Origin: a bacterium
GTDB taxonomy: Bacteria; Patescibacteriota; Minisyncoccia; UBA6257; GWB1-50-10
DNA: 34,430 nt
NCBI GenBank assembly: GCA_021814805.1
Contig: JAKAHT010000003.1
Location: 8,486-42,915 of the forward strand
Direction of reading: 5' to 3'
Below the pieces are notes generated by a model. It did no database searches and was not told the DNA's origin. It worked only from the letters and a program-made list of their open reading frames with translations. The translations under genes were made by a program, and so were the position numbers. This document shows positions 26,778-34,430 of this stretch, piece by piece. The first letter of the stretch is position 1. Each line of letters begins with the position of its first letter.

Positions 26778-27197
26778 ATGAAACTTACCGGAACAAAATT
26801 AAAAATGTCACAAATATGGAAGGGCGACAATGTCATCGCCGTTACCCCTGTTAAGATCGACGAAAAGGAAAATCTTGAAGAAATAAAAGAAGGGGAAAAG
26901 GTGAAGGTAAGCGGAAAAATAAAAGGCAGAGGATTCCAGGGAGTGGTCAAAAGACACGGTTTTGCCGGAGGTCCTAAAAGCCACGGTCAAAAAGACAGAT
27001 TGAGAGCTCCCGGATCAATAGGAGCTACGGCTCCACAAAGAGTCATAAAAGGAAGGAGAATGGCTGGCCACATGGGTACCAACAAGGTAACCTTGAAAAA
27101 TTTGGAAGTTTTGGAAATAAAAAACGAAGATAAATTAATTATTCTTAAAGGAGCTGTTCCCGGTCCGGTCGGCGGAAAAGTGGAAATAAGAAAATGA
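26778..27197 (+). CDS. rplC: 50S ribosomal protein L3, compact form
   Basis: N-terminal MKLTGTKLKMSQIW (like M..l.GkK.GMTqIf) and C-terminal GKGFQG-type GRGFQGVVKRHGFAGGPKSHG...GSIGA...RV.KG..MAGHMG.. are present. Only about 139 aa. An alternative ATG lies at 26766. Confidence 0.88.
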   Translation: MKLTGTKLKMSQIWKGDNVIAVTPVKIDEKENLEEIKEGEKVKVSGKIKGRGFQGVVKRHGFAGGPKSHGQKDRLRAPGSIGATAPQRVIKGRRMAGHMGTNKVTLKNLEVLEIKNEDKLIILKGAVPGPVGGKVEIRK

Positions 27198-27829
27198 AAA
27201 CTGATCTTTTCGACAAAACAAACAAAAAGATAGGAACTGTCGAGCTGCCCGACGGCATATTCAGTGTAAAATGGAACAATGACTTGGTTCATCAGGCCTT
27301 CGTCGCTTTTACCGCGAACCAGAGGAAACCCTGGGCTCATACCAAAGATCGTTCAGAAGTTCAAGGAGGAAAAAAGAAACCGTGGATGCAAAAACATACC
27401 GGCCGTTCTAGGCACGGCAGTACGACTTCTCCTATTTGGGTGGGCGGAGGAATAACCTTCGGTCCGAGAAGCGACAAGGATTATTCAAAGAAGATAAATA
27501 CTAAAATGAAAAGGCTTGCTTTGTTTTCAGTTCTGTCAAAAAAATTTAAGGACGGGAACATAAAGATAGTGGACAATTTCGATTTGGAAGCGCCGAAAAC
27601 CAAGAAAGCCTCAGAAATATTGAAGAATTTTTTCGATAAATCGGCGAATCTCCTCATAATAACTGATCCTAAAAACAAAAACGCCGGACTGGCCTTCAGG
27701 AATATCCCCAAGGTTCAAATATCCAAGCCCAATTCCGTCAATATTTACGAGTCTTTACTCAGTAAAAACATTTTCTTTGAAAAAGAGGCCTTGGAGGCGT
27801 TTATAAAAAAATATCAGACCGAAAAATAA
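27194..27829 (+). CDS. rplD: 50S ribosomal protein L4
   Basis: 211 aa. Has ...KPW.QK.TGR.R.GS..SP.W.GGG..FGP. ATGA overlap with rplC. Confidence 0.95.
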   Translation: MKTDLFDKTNKKIGTVELPDGIFSVKWNNDLVHQAFVAFTANQRKPWAHTKDRSEVQGGKKKPWMQKHTGRSRHGSTTSPIWVGGGITFGPRSDKDYSKKINTKMKRLALFSVLSKKFKDGNIKIVDNFDLEAPKTKKASEILKNFFDKSANLLIITDPKNKNAGLAFRNIPKVQISKPNSVNIYESLLSKNIFFEKEALEAFIKKYQTEK

Positions 27830-27835
27830 AAACCT

Positions 27836-28219
27836 ATGAGCTTTTTGAATATCAAAAAAGAAAAAACGCCGGTAAAGAATGAAACCAAGAAAGAGGTCAA
27901 GGAAGAAGTCAAAAAACCGGAAACCAAATCGGCGCCGGCGAAACATATTTCTAAAAACGTACTCGTCAAACCATGGATAACGGAAAAATCAACCGACCTT
28001 TCTGCGGAAAATAAATACGTATTTTTGGTTGCGAAGGATGCCACGAAACCACTGGTCAGAGAAAACGTGATGAAAAAATATAACGTCAAAGTGACCAATG
28101 TGGATATGGTTTACATCAAAGGTAAAGTGAAAAGTTTTAGAGGTAAAACTAGTAGGAGATCACCGGTCAAAAAAGCGATAATCACGCTCAAAAAGGGAGA
28201 TAAAATAGAAATTCAATAA
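27836..28219 (+). CDS. rplW: 50S ribosomal protein L23 with Lys/Glu-rich N-terminal extension
   Basis: The core VLVKPWITEKST....NKYVFLV...ATK..V......YNVKV..V is preceded by about 38 aa of K/E-rich sequence. Confidence 0.92.
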   Translation: MSFLNIKKEKTPVKNETKKEVKEEVKKPETKSAPAKHISKNVLVKPWITEKSTDLSAENKYVFLVAKDATKPLVRENVMKKYNVKVTNVDMVYIKGKVKSFRGKTSRRSPVKKAIITLKKGDKIEIQ

Positions 28220-28220
28220 T

Positions 28221-29045
28221 ATGATAAAAAAATTAAATCCCAGAACGCCTAGCATGAGATCGATGACTGTAGCCGACTACAGGGTGATTTCAGATGTAAA
28301 AAGACATAAGAATCTGACTGAAAGACTCAAAAAAAATTCCGGACGGAATAATCAGGGCAAAATTTCAGTAAGGCACCAAGGTGGCGGAAACAAAATCATC
28401 TACAGGATGATAGATTTCAAACAAGCCAAAATGGGAATCCCCGGCAAAGTAGAAACCATAGAATACGATCCTTACCGGTCGGCCTTCATCGCTCTCGTTC
28501 TTTACGCTGACGGAGAAAGAAAATATATATTGGCTCCCCACGGAATAAAAACGGGTGCCGTGATAGTTGCCGGACCGGAAGCTCCCATAGAAATAGGCAA
28601 CAGAACAATTTTAAAGAGGATACCGGTTGGATCATTCGTTCACAACGTTGAAATACAACCGGGCAAAGGCGGCCAGCTCATAAGATCAGCCGGCTCTTCA
28701 GCTCAGGTTCTGGCTCACGAAGACGGCTATACCCATCTTAAAATGCCATCGGGAGAAATAAGAAAAATATCTTGGGATTCTTATGCTTCTATTGGACAAA
28801 TATCCAATCCAGAATATAATTTGGTATCTATAGGCAAGGCCGGCCGTTCAAGATGGCTCAACATCCGTCCGACGGTCAGAGGCTCAGTAATGAACCCCCG
28901 CGATCACCCCTACGGAGGCGGCGAAGGTCGCCAGCCGAGAGGTACCAGGAAACCGAAAACCAAATGGGGTAAGGTAACCGGCGGCCATAAGACCAGGAGA
29001 AAAAACAGATATTCCAACAAATTGATAGTAAAAAGAAGAAAATAA
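28221..29045 (+). CDS. rplB: 50S ribosomal protein L2
   Basis: 274 aa. Has ...HQGGG.K..YR.IDF..., GSV.MNP.DHP.GGGEGR. Confidence 0.97.
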   Translation: MIKKLNPRTPSMRSMTVADYRVISDVKRHKNLTERLKKNSGRNNQGKISVRHQGGGNKIIYRMIDFKQAKMGIPGKVETIEYDPYRSAFIALVLYADGERKYILAPHGIKTGAVIVAGPEAPIEIGNRTILKRIPVGSFVHNVEIQPGKGGQLIRSAGSSAQVLAHEDGYTHLKMPSGEIRKISWDSYASIGQISNPEYNLVSIGKAGRSRWLNIRPTVRGSVMNPRDHPYGGGEGRQPRGTRKPKTKWGKVTGGHKTRRKNRYSNKLIVKRRK

Positions 29046-29047
29046 CC

Positions 29048-29365
29048 ATGTCCAGATCAGCTAAAAAAGGTCCTTTCGTGGATCCAAAACTTTTGAAGAA
29101 AATATCGAAATTCAAACCGGGAGAAGCGCCGGCTATTAAGACATGGTCCAGAGATTCGGAAATTTCTCCTGAAATGGTCGGTCTCACTTTTTTGGTTCAT
29201 AACGGTAAAGATTTTATAGAAGTAAGGACCAGTGAAGATATGGTCGGCCACCGTCTGGGGGAATTCGCTCCGACGAGGAAATTTATAAGGCACGGAGGAA
29301 AAATGCAAAGGGAATTGGAAAAAGGAACCACTCCGGCTGCTCCGGCCGCAGGACAGAAAAAATAA
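29048..29365 (+). CDS. rpsS: 30S ribosomal protein S19
   Basis: [11 protein letters not shown], and HNGK.F..V....[14 protein letters not shown]. Confidence 0.96.
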   Translation: MSRSAKKGPFVDPKLLKKISKFKPGEAPAIKTWSRDSEISPEMVGLTFLVHNGKDFIEVRTSEDMVGHRLGEFAPTRKFIRHGGKMQRELEKGTTPAAPAAGQKK

Positions 29366-29371
29366 AAAGAT

Positions 29372-29911
29372 ATGGCTACAAATTTGACGGAGATAAAAAC
29401 CCAACTCAAATATTTAAGAATCCCAGCTAGAAAGGTGCGTTTTGTGGCCGAGGTTGTCAAAGGTTTGCCGGTTGATGAAGCCGAAGCCAAACTCACAATC
29501 GCCTCAAGAAGACCAAAAGACCCGATTTTAAAACTTATAAGATCGGCGGTTTCCAATGCCAAAACCAACCATAAAATAGATCCCGAGAAGTTGTATATAA
29601 AGAATATAACTGTCGATCAGGGTCCGATGTTCAAAAGATGGATGACGAGATCCCGTGGCGGAGTGGACATGATTCAAAAGAAAACCAGCCATATAACGCT
29701 CACCTTGGGAATATCGGATAAAAATCCCAAGCGCCGATTCGCCATAATCAAACCCGAAAAGGAAAAGAAAGAGGAAAAACCTTCAAAGAAAGAGGAAAAA
29801 GAAAATAAATCAAAAACGGAGGTTATAAAAGAAATGAAGGAAACCAATGAAATCAAACCTGCCAAAGAACCGGGTAGCTTTAATAAAGTCTTCAGAAGAA
29901 AAGCAATATAA
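29372..29911 (+). CDS. rplV: 50S ribosomal protein L22 with long Lys/Glu-rich C-terminal tail
   Basis: The core (RIPARKVR.VA..V.G..V.EA...L, ...RSRG......KKTSHIT..L) ends near residue 113. It is followed by a K/E-rich tail of about 66 aa. Confidence 0.93.
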   Translation: MATNLTEIKTQLKYLRIPARKVRFVAEVVKGLPVDEAEAKLTIASRRPKDPILKLIRSAVSNAKTNHKIDPEKLYIKNITVDQGPMFKRWMTRSRGGVDMIQKKTSHITLTLGISDKNPKRRFAIIKPEKEKKEEKPSKKEEKENKSKTEVIKEMKETNEIKPAKEPGSFNKVFRRKAI

Positions 29912-29946
29912 AATATTTAAATAATTAGAAATTTAGATACAAATCT

Positions 29947-30627
29947 ATGGCTCAAAAAATAAAACCAAATTCATACAGATTAGGCATAACCGTTCCTTGG
30001 TCATCGAGATGGTTTTTTAAGCGCCAAACCAAATTCTTCCTGGAAGAAGATCATTTGATAAGAGGGTTGGTAAAAAAGGAAATTCTTCAGTCTGGAGTGG
30101 ACGAGATAGAAATAGAAAGAGCTGGCGAGAACGTGCGGATAAACATTCGAGCTGCTAAGCCTGGACTTATCATAGGACGTGGCGGCAAAGGCATAGAAGA
30201 TTTGAAAAATAAAATAGTAAGGGCTGTAAAAAAACTCAGAAAGAAAAATAATATAACCCAGGGCCTGAATATCAATATAAATATAGAAGAACTCAAGAGA
30301 TTCGACGTATCGGCCAAAGTCATAGCCCAGCAGATAGCTTTTGATATAGAAAAAAGACTCCCTTACAGGAGAGTCATGAAGAAAAATCTGGAAACCATAA
30401 TGCAGACAAGGGGGGTCTTAGGAGCAAAAATAAAAATAGGTGGCCGGTTGGATGGGGCTGAAATTTCAAGGAGCGATTTTCTTTTGAAGGGAAAAATGCC
30501 GCTTTCGAGCTTGAGATCCAACATAGATTACGGAGAGGCTACTTCTTTCAACACTTACGGCACTGTGGGCATAAAGGTTTGGATATATAAAGGGGAAATT
30601 TTCGAAGAAAAGGAGAATAACAAATAG
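29947..30627 (+). CDS. rpsC: 30S ribosomal protein S3
   Basis: GQKIKPNSYRLGI, KH-domain GRGGKGIE, and C-terminal GR..GAEI.R.....G..PL. Confidence 0.96.
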   Translation: MAQKIKPNSYRLGITVPWSSRWFFKRQTKFFLEEDHLIRGLVKKEILQSGVDEIEIERAGENVRINIRAAKPGLIIGRGGKGIEDLKNKIVRAVKKLRKKNNITQGLNININIEELKRFDVSAKVIAQQIAFDIEKRLPYRRVMKKNLETIMQTRGVLGAKIKIGGRLDGAEISRSDFLLKGKMPLSSLRSNIDYGEATSFNTYGTVGIKVWIYKGEIFEEKENNK

Positions 30628-30630
30628 ACC

Positions 30631-31044
30631 ATGCTTTTACAACCCAAAAAACAAAAACATAGGAAACAGCAAAAAGGGCGTTCCAAAAAAAGGCAAAAGG
30701 AAACGAGAGGCCTTACTTTGAGTTTCGGCGCCTACGGTCTTCAAGCCAGAGAAGCCGCCTGGATAACCGGCCAACAAATAGAAGCTTGCCGTAAAGCTAT
30801 AGCCCATTCTTTGAAGAAAGGCGGCAAGAGCTGGGTAAGAATTTTCCCCGACAAACCGGTAACCAAACTTCCTCCGGAAGTGACTTTGGGAGGAGGAAAA
30901 GGAAATATAGATCATTATGTTTCGGTAGTCAGACCCGGACGGATACTTTTTGAGATAGACGGCGTGCCGAAAGAAACAGCTGAAAGGGCTTTAAGAATAG
31001 CCGGCCATAAGCTGCCGATAAAAACCAAGATAATCAATAAATAA
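30631..31044 (+). CDS. rplP: 50S ribosomal protein L16
   Basis: MLLQPKK.KHRK...GR, and ...QIEA.R.AI.....KGGK.W.RIFPD.P.T. Confidence 0.95.
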   Translation: MLLQPKKQKHRKQQKGRSKKRQKETRGLTLSFGAYGLQAREAAWITGQQIEACRKAIAHSLKKGGKSWVRIFPDKPVTKLPPEVTLGGGKGNIDHYVSVVRPGRILFEIDGVPKETAERALRIAGHKLPIKTKIINK

Positions 31045-31048
31045 GAAG

Positions 31049-31246
31049 ATGAGTAAAAAAGAATCAAAAAACTTAAAAGAACTTTCTTCTTTCGAGCTTC
31101 AAAAAGAACTCAGCAACGAGAAACAAAAGCTCGTGGATTTGAAATTTGATCTTTCAGCTGGTAAAGTAAAGAACATCAAAGAAGTCAAAAAAACCAAAAA
31201 AAGAGTGGCGCAGCTTTTAACGGCGCTCAATGCTCAAGAAAAATAA
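31049..31246 (+). CDS. rpmC: 50S ribosomal protein L29
   Basis: 65 aa. EL......EL..E....L..LKF.....K..N......KK..A..LT. Confidence 0.9.
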   Translation: MSKKESKNLKELSSFELQKELSNEKQKLVDLKFDLSAGKVKNIKEVKKTKKRVAQLLTALNAQEK

Positions 31247-31247
31247 T

Positions 31248-31475
31248 ATGAGAAAATTAAGGGGAATTGTTGTTTCCGATAAAATGCAAAAGACCAGGAT
31301 TGTAGCCATCGAAACGATGAAGCAACATTCGCGTTATAAAAAATACTATAAGGTAACCAAGCGCTTTAAAGCCCACGACGAAAATAATGAATATAAAACT
31401 GGCGACAAGGTGACAATCAGCGAGACTAAACCGATGAGTAAAGACAAGAGATGGGTCATAGTAGAAAAAAATTAA
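31248..31475 (+). CDS. rpsQ: 30S ribosomal protein S17
   Basis: [14 protein letters not shown].......H..Y.K......K..AHDE.N....GD.V.I.E..P.SK.K.W. Start placed at ATG 31248, just after the rpmC stop. Confidence 0.92.
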   Translation: MRKLRGIVVSDKMQKTRIVAIETMKQHSRYKKYYKVTKRFKAHDENNEYKTGDKVTISETKPMSKDKRWVIVEKN

Positions 31476-31481
31476 TTCAAG

Positions 31482-31853
31482 ATGATACAAGAACGTTCAA
31501 TATTAAAAGTAGCTGATAATTCAGGCGCCAAGATGGTGCGCTGTTTCAGGATTTTGGGCGGCAGCAAAAGAAGATACGCCCGCATAGGCGATGTCGTCAT
31601 AGCTTCAGTCCGCACGGCTGAACCGAGAAAGCAAATAAAGAAAAAAGACATCGTGAACATCCTTATAGTAAGACAAAAAGAGGCTTATAGAAGGAAGGAC
31701 GGTTCTTATGTCAGATTCAGCGATAACGCCGCCGTCATAATAGACAAGGACAAAAAGGAACCTAAAGCTACCAGAATTTTCGGTCCCGTGCCGAGAGAAA
31801 TAAAAGAAATGGGATATGATACCATAGCTTCCTTGGCTGAAGAACTGGTCTAA
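31482..31853 (+). CDS. rplN: 50S ribosomal protein L14
   Basis: MIQERSILKVADNSGAK...C...LGG..RRYA.IGD. Confidence 0.97.
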   Translation: MIQERSILKVADNSGAKMVRCFRILGGSKRRYARIGDVVIASVRTAEPRKQIKKKDIVNILIVRQKEAYRRKDGSYVRFSDNAAVIIDKDKKEPKATRIFGPVPREIKEMGYDTIASLAEELV

Positions 31854-31857
31854 AAAT

Positions 31858-32163
31858 ATGAGAATAAAAAAAGGAGACAACGTTAAAATATTGACTGGAA
31901 AAGATTCCGGAAAAAGCGGCAAAGTCGTCAAGGTTTACAATTCGACGGGGAAACTCGTAGTCGAAGGGTTGAATTTATACAAAAAGCACGTGAGAGCTAA
32001 AACCCAAAACGAGAAGGGAGAAATAGTGGATGTACCGAGACCGATAAACGCCTCGAATGTTTTGATAATCTGCCCTTCTTGTCACAAAGCGGCAAGGATC
32101 GGTATGAAGACGAGCGGAGAAAAAAAAGAAAGATTCTGCCGAAAGTGCCAAGCTGTTTTATAA
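31858..32163 (+). CDS. rplX: 50S ribosomal protein L24 (Cys4 zinc-ribbon form)
   Basis: KOW motif IKKGDNVKILTGKDSGKSGKV. The C-terminus CPSC...CRKC resembles the Thermus-type L24. Confidence 0.93.
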   Translation: MRIKKGDNVKILTGKDSGKSGKVVKVYNSTGKLVVEGLNLYKKHVRAKTQNEKGEIVDVPRPINASNVLIICPSCHKAARIGMKTSGEKKERFCRKCQAVL

Positions 32164-32167
32164 AAAT

Positions 32168-32653
32168 ATGGAAAATTTAATAAAACAAAACATAGAAAAA
32201 GTTGTGGTCTCGAGCGGACTCGGCAAAATGAGCCAGCAAGACCACTTTGAAGATAAAACGCTCGTCGAAATAGAAAACGAGCTCGGTTCCGTAACCGGCC
32301 AAAAACCCTCCCGAAGGCCGGCCAGGCTTTCCGTAGCAGGATTCAAAATAAGAGCCGGACAAATAATAGGCCTTAAGGTGACATTAAGAGGACAAAGAAT
32401 GGAAAATTTTTTGAATAAAGTCATAAATCTTTCCCTGCCCAGGGTTAAAGATTTCAGAGGATTGGACTTAAAGAACGTGGATAAGAACGGAAATTTAAAT
32501 ATCGGTTTCAAAGATCAAACCGTTTTCCCGGAGATAGAACTGGAAAAAACCAGAACCAATTTTGGGGTCCAGGTGACGGTCGTACCAAAAGTCAAAAATC
32601 GCGAGACGGCAATTGATTTATACCGCCGCCTTGGGGTACCATTGAAAAAGTAA
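32168..32653 (+). CDS. rplE: 50S ribosomal protein L5, N-terminally short
   Basis: KVVVSSGLG..., ....ITGQKP......SVAGFK.R.G..IG.KVTLRG..M..FL.K......PR..DFRGL. 161 aa. No upstream space for a longer N-terminus. Confidence 0.93.
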   Translation: MENLIKQNIEKVVVSSGLGKMSQQDHFEDKTLVEIENELGSVTGQKPSRRPARLSVAGFKIRAGQIIGLKVTLRGQRMENFLNKVINLSLPRVKDFRGLDLKNVDKNGNLNIGFKDQTVFPEIELEKTRTNFGVQVTVVPKVKNRETAIDLYRRLGVPLKK

Positions 32654-32654
32654 T

Positions 32655-32840
32655 ATGGCCAAAACATCGACATTCGTAAGATCAAAAAAGAAACCCAAGT
32701 ATTCGACGAGAACGGTCAATCGCTGTTTTCGATGCGGACGGAAAAGAGGATATTTGAGAGATTTCAATTTATGTCGTATTTGCTTCAGGGAACTTGCGAG
32801 CAAGGGAGAAATACCCGGAGTAAAAAAAGCCAGCTGGTAA
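32655..32840 (+). CDS. rpsZ: 30S ribosomal protein S14, type Z (zinc)
   Basis: 61 aa. [25 protein letters not shown], a CxxC...CxxC arrangement. Confidence 0.95.
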   Translation: MAKTSTFVRSKKKPKYSTRTVNRCFRCGRKRGYLRDFNLCRICFRELASKGEIPGVKKASW

Positions 32841-32841
32841 T

Positions 32842-33213
32842 ATGTATATAGATTTAATCATAAAAATAAAAAACGCCGAAAATGCCAAGAAGGATATTTT
32901 AAAAACGCGTTATTCCAAAATGGATAAAGCGGTGATCGATATTCTGGAAAAGAAAGGATTCATTAAATCCTCCGAAGTTAAAGGCAAGGGCTACAAGAAA
33001 TACATTGAAATAAACCTTAACGGGAAAAGAAAGATACAGGGCTTAAAAATTTTAAGCAAGCCGTCAGTCAAAACTTATTCGGGTTACAAAGATATCAAAA
33101 GCGTCAAAAGCGGATTCGGAACTCTTGTTATGACGACTCCGAATGGGATACTGACCGGGTCGGAAGCCAAGAAAAACGGCGTAGGCGGGCAATTATTATT
33201 CGAAATCTGGTAA
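32842..33213 (+). CDS. rpsH: 30S ribosomal protein S8
   Basis: 123 aa. D.I..I.NA......, G.G..V..T..G.LT...A....VGG.LL..IW. Confidence 0.93.
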   Translation: MYIDLIIKIKNAENAKKDILKTRYSKMDKAVIDILEKKGFIKSSEVKGKGYKKYIEINLNGKRKIQGLKILSKPSVKTYSGYKDIKSVKSGFGTLVMTTPNGILTGSEAKKNGVGGQLLFEIW

Positions 33214-33220
33214 AAAGAAT

Positions 33221-33775
33221 ATGAGTAAAATAGGCAAACAACCGATAAAAATACCGAAAAGCGTTACCGTTTCAATAGATGACGACGGAGTTTTAGTGAA
33301 GGGTCCTAAAGGCGAAATAAGAGTTCCTTTATTGAACGGCGTTAAAGCGGTTATGGAAGAGGATACCTTAAATATATCCATAACTTCAAAAACAAAACAA
33401 ACTAAAAGCAACTGGGGCACAGAAAGAGCCTTGATACAAAACGCGGTTACAGGAACCGAATCGGAATTCGAAAAAAAGCTTATATTGGAAGGTGTCGGTT
33501 ACCGCGTCGTTAAAGAGGGAGAAAATCTTAGCTTAAATTTGGGCTTTTCTCATCCCGTTAAATACATCGCGCCCAAGGGCATAACCTTCGATGTGGAAAA
33601 AAATTCCATACTCAAGATAAAAGGAATAGACAAAGGACTGGTTGGAAAAGTGGCCGCCGACATAAGGCACATGAAAGAACCAGAGCCTTACAAAGGTAAG
33701 GGATTCAGGTATGAAAATGAAGTAATAAGGAGAAAAGCCGGTAAGAAAGCTGCCGGATCAACGTCCTCCTCATAA
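33221..33775 (+). CDS. rplF: 50S ribosomal protein L6
   Basis: [13 protein letters not shown]......[25 protein letters not shown]. Confidence 0.96.
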   Translation: MSKIGKQPIKIPKSVTVSIDDDGVLVKGPKGEIRVPLLNGVKAVMEEDTLNISITSKTKQTKSNWGTERALIQNAVTGTESEFEKKLILEGVGYRVVKEGENLSLNLGFSHPVKYIAPKGITFDVEKNSILKIKGIDKGLVGKVAADIRHMKEPEPYKGKGFRYENEVIRRKAGKKAAGSTSSS

Positions 33776-33779
33776 AAAT

Positions 33780-34139
33780 ATGAAGAAGAAAAATATTTTA
33801 AATAAAATAAATAATAGGCGTTCCAGAAGAACCAGAATCAAATTGAGGAGCATAACTTCAAGGGTCAGGCTTTCCGTTTTTAGAAGCAATAACAATATCC
33901 ACGCTCAAATAATCGACGATTCCAAACAAAAAACATTGGTATCGGCTTCTTCTCTGGAAATCAAAGCTAAAGGAAAAGAAAATAAAACGGTAACAGCTGG
34001 CAAGGTAGGAAAAGCTTTGGCTGAAAAAGCCATGAAAGCTGGAATAAAGGAAGTTGTTTTCGATAAAGGTAAATACAAGTATCACGGCCGGGTAAAAGCT
34101 TTAGCCGAAGGAGCGAGGGAAGGCGGCTTGTCATTCTAA
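33780..34139 (+). CDS. rplR: 50S ribosomal protein L18
   Basis: R.R.RIK......[15 protein letters not shown]....TLVSASS, and ..[25 protein letters not shown]. Confidence 0.95.
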   Translation: MKKKNILNKINNRRSRRTRIKLRSITSRVRLSVFRSNNNIHAQIIDDSKQKTLVSASSLEIKAKGKENKTVTAGKVGKALAEKAMKAGIKEVVFDKGKYKYHGRVKALAEGAREGGLSF

Positions 34140-34143
34140 TTTT

Positions 34144-34430
34144 ATGAACAATTATTCACACATAAAACCTAAAAAGAGCGAATTCCAGGAAAAAGTGCTG
34201 GAAATTAAAAGGGTTACAAGAGTCATGGCCGGAGGTAAAAGAATGAGCTTCCGGGCGACAGTCATATTGGGAGATAAAAAAGGGAAAGTCGGTCTCGGCA
34301 TAGGCAAGGGGCTCGACGTAGCCGCTTCGGTTGAAAAAGCCAAGAGGCAAGCCCAAAAAAACATGATAACCGTCAACCTTAAGGATAAAAGGACCATTCC
34401 TTACGAAATAGAAGAAAAATTCGATGCCGC
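34144..34430 (+). CDS. rpsE: 30S ribosomal protein S5 (partial, runs off the window end)
   Basis: My translation from ATG 34144 is MNNYSHIKPKKSEFQEKVLEIKRVTRVMAGGKRMSFRATVILGDKKGKVGLGIGKG... This matches the S5 dsRBD region (R.....GG......A....GD..G.VG.G.GKA). It is absent from the ORF track because no stop lies within the window. Confidence 0.9.
   Translation, partial: MNNYSHIKPKKSEFQEKVLEIKRVTRVMAGGKRMSFRATVILGDKKGKVGLGIGKGLDVAASVEKAKRQAQKNMITVNLKDKRTIPYEIEEKFDA

Overview
This is an AT-rich, tightly packed bacterial housekeeping region using the standard code (TGA acts as a stop). Nearly all of it is coding. I found no mobile elements, CRISPR arrays or rRNA.

Gene order:
- groES-groEL, followed by a long ThyX-like gene.
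- A translationally coupled membrane cluster: LemA, HtpX, a small TM protein and DedA.
- A minus-strand unit: tRNA-Ser, a small nucleotidyltransferase and an EEP (sphingomyelinase-like) phosphodiesterase.
- A class IV aminotransferase and an ABC-2 exporter pair.
- A complete F1Fo ATP synthase operon (atpBEFHAGDC) with a small beta-carbonic-anhydrase-like gene appended.
- dnaG-rpoD, then an orphan 93-aa basic ORF.
- tRNA-Pro overlapping rpmB, an S/T-rich surface protein and an M50 protease.
- The contiguous str/S10/spc ribosomal cluster, from rpsL to a partial rpsE at the window edge.

The compact or truncated proteins (L3, L5, ATPase delta and epsilon), the Lys/Glu-rich tails on L22 and L23, and the tiny intergenic spacers suggest a reduced-genome lineage, possibly CPR/Patescibacteria-like. 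That placement is inference only.

I see no clear novel multi-gene system. The items most worth a second look:
- A consensus promoter plus strong terminator hairpin between rpsJ and rplC.
- The beta-CA-like gene at the end of the atp operon.
- The tRNA/mRNA fusions.
- The LemA-HtpX-TM-DedA module.
- The orphan 93-aa ORF.
- Several candidate leaderless transcription units.

All promoter and terminator calls are motif or hairpin readings by eye.
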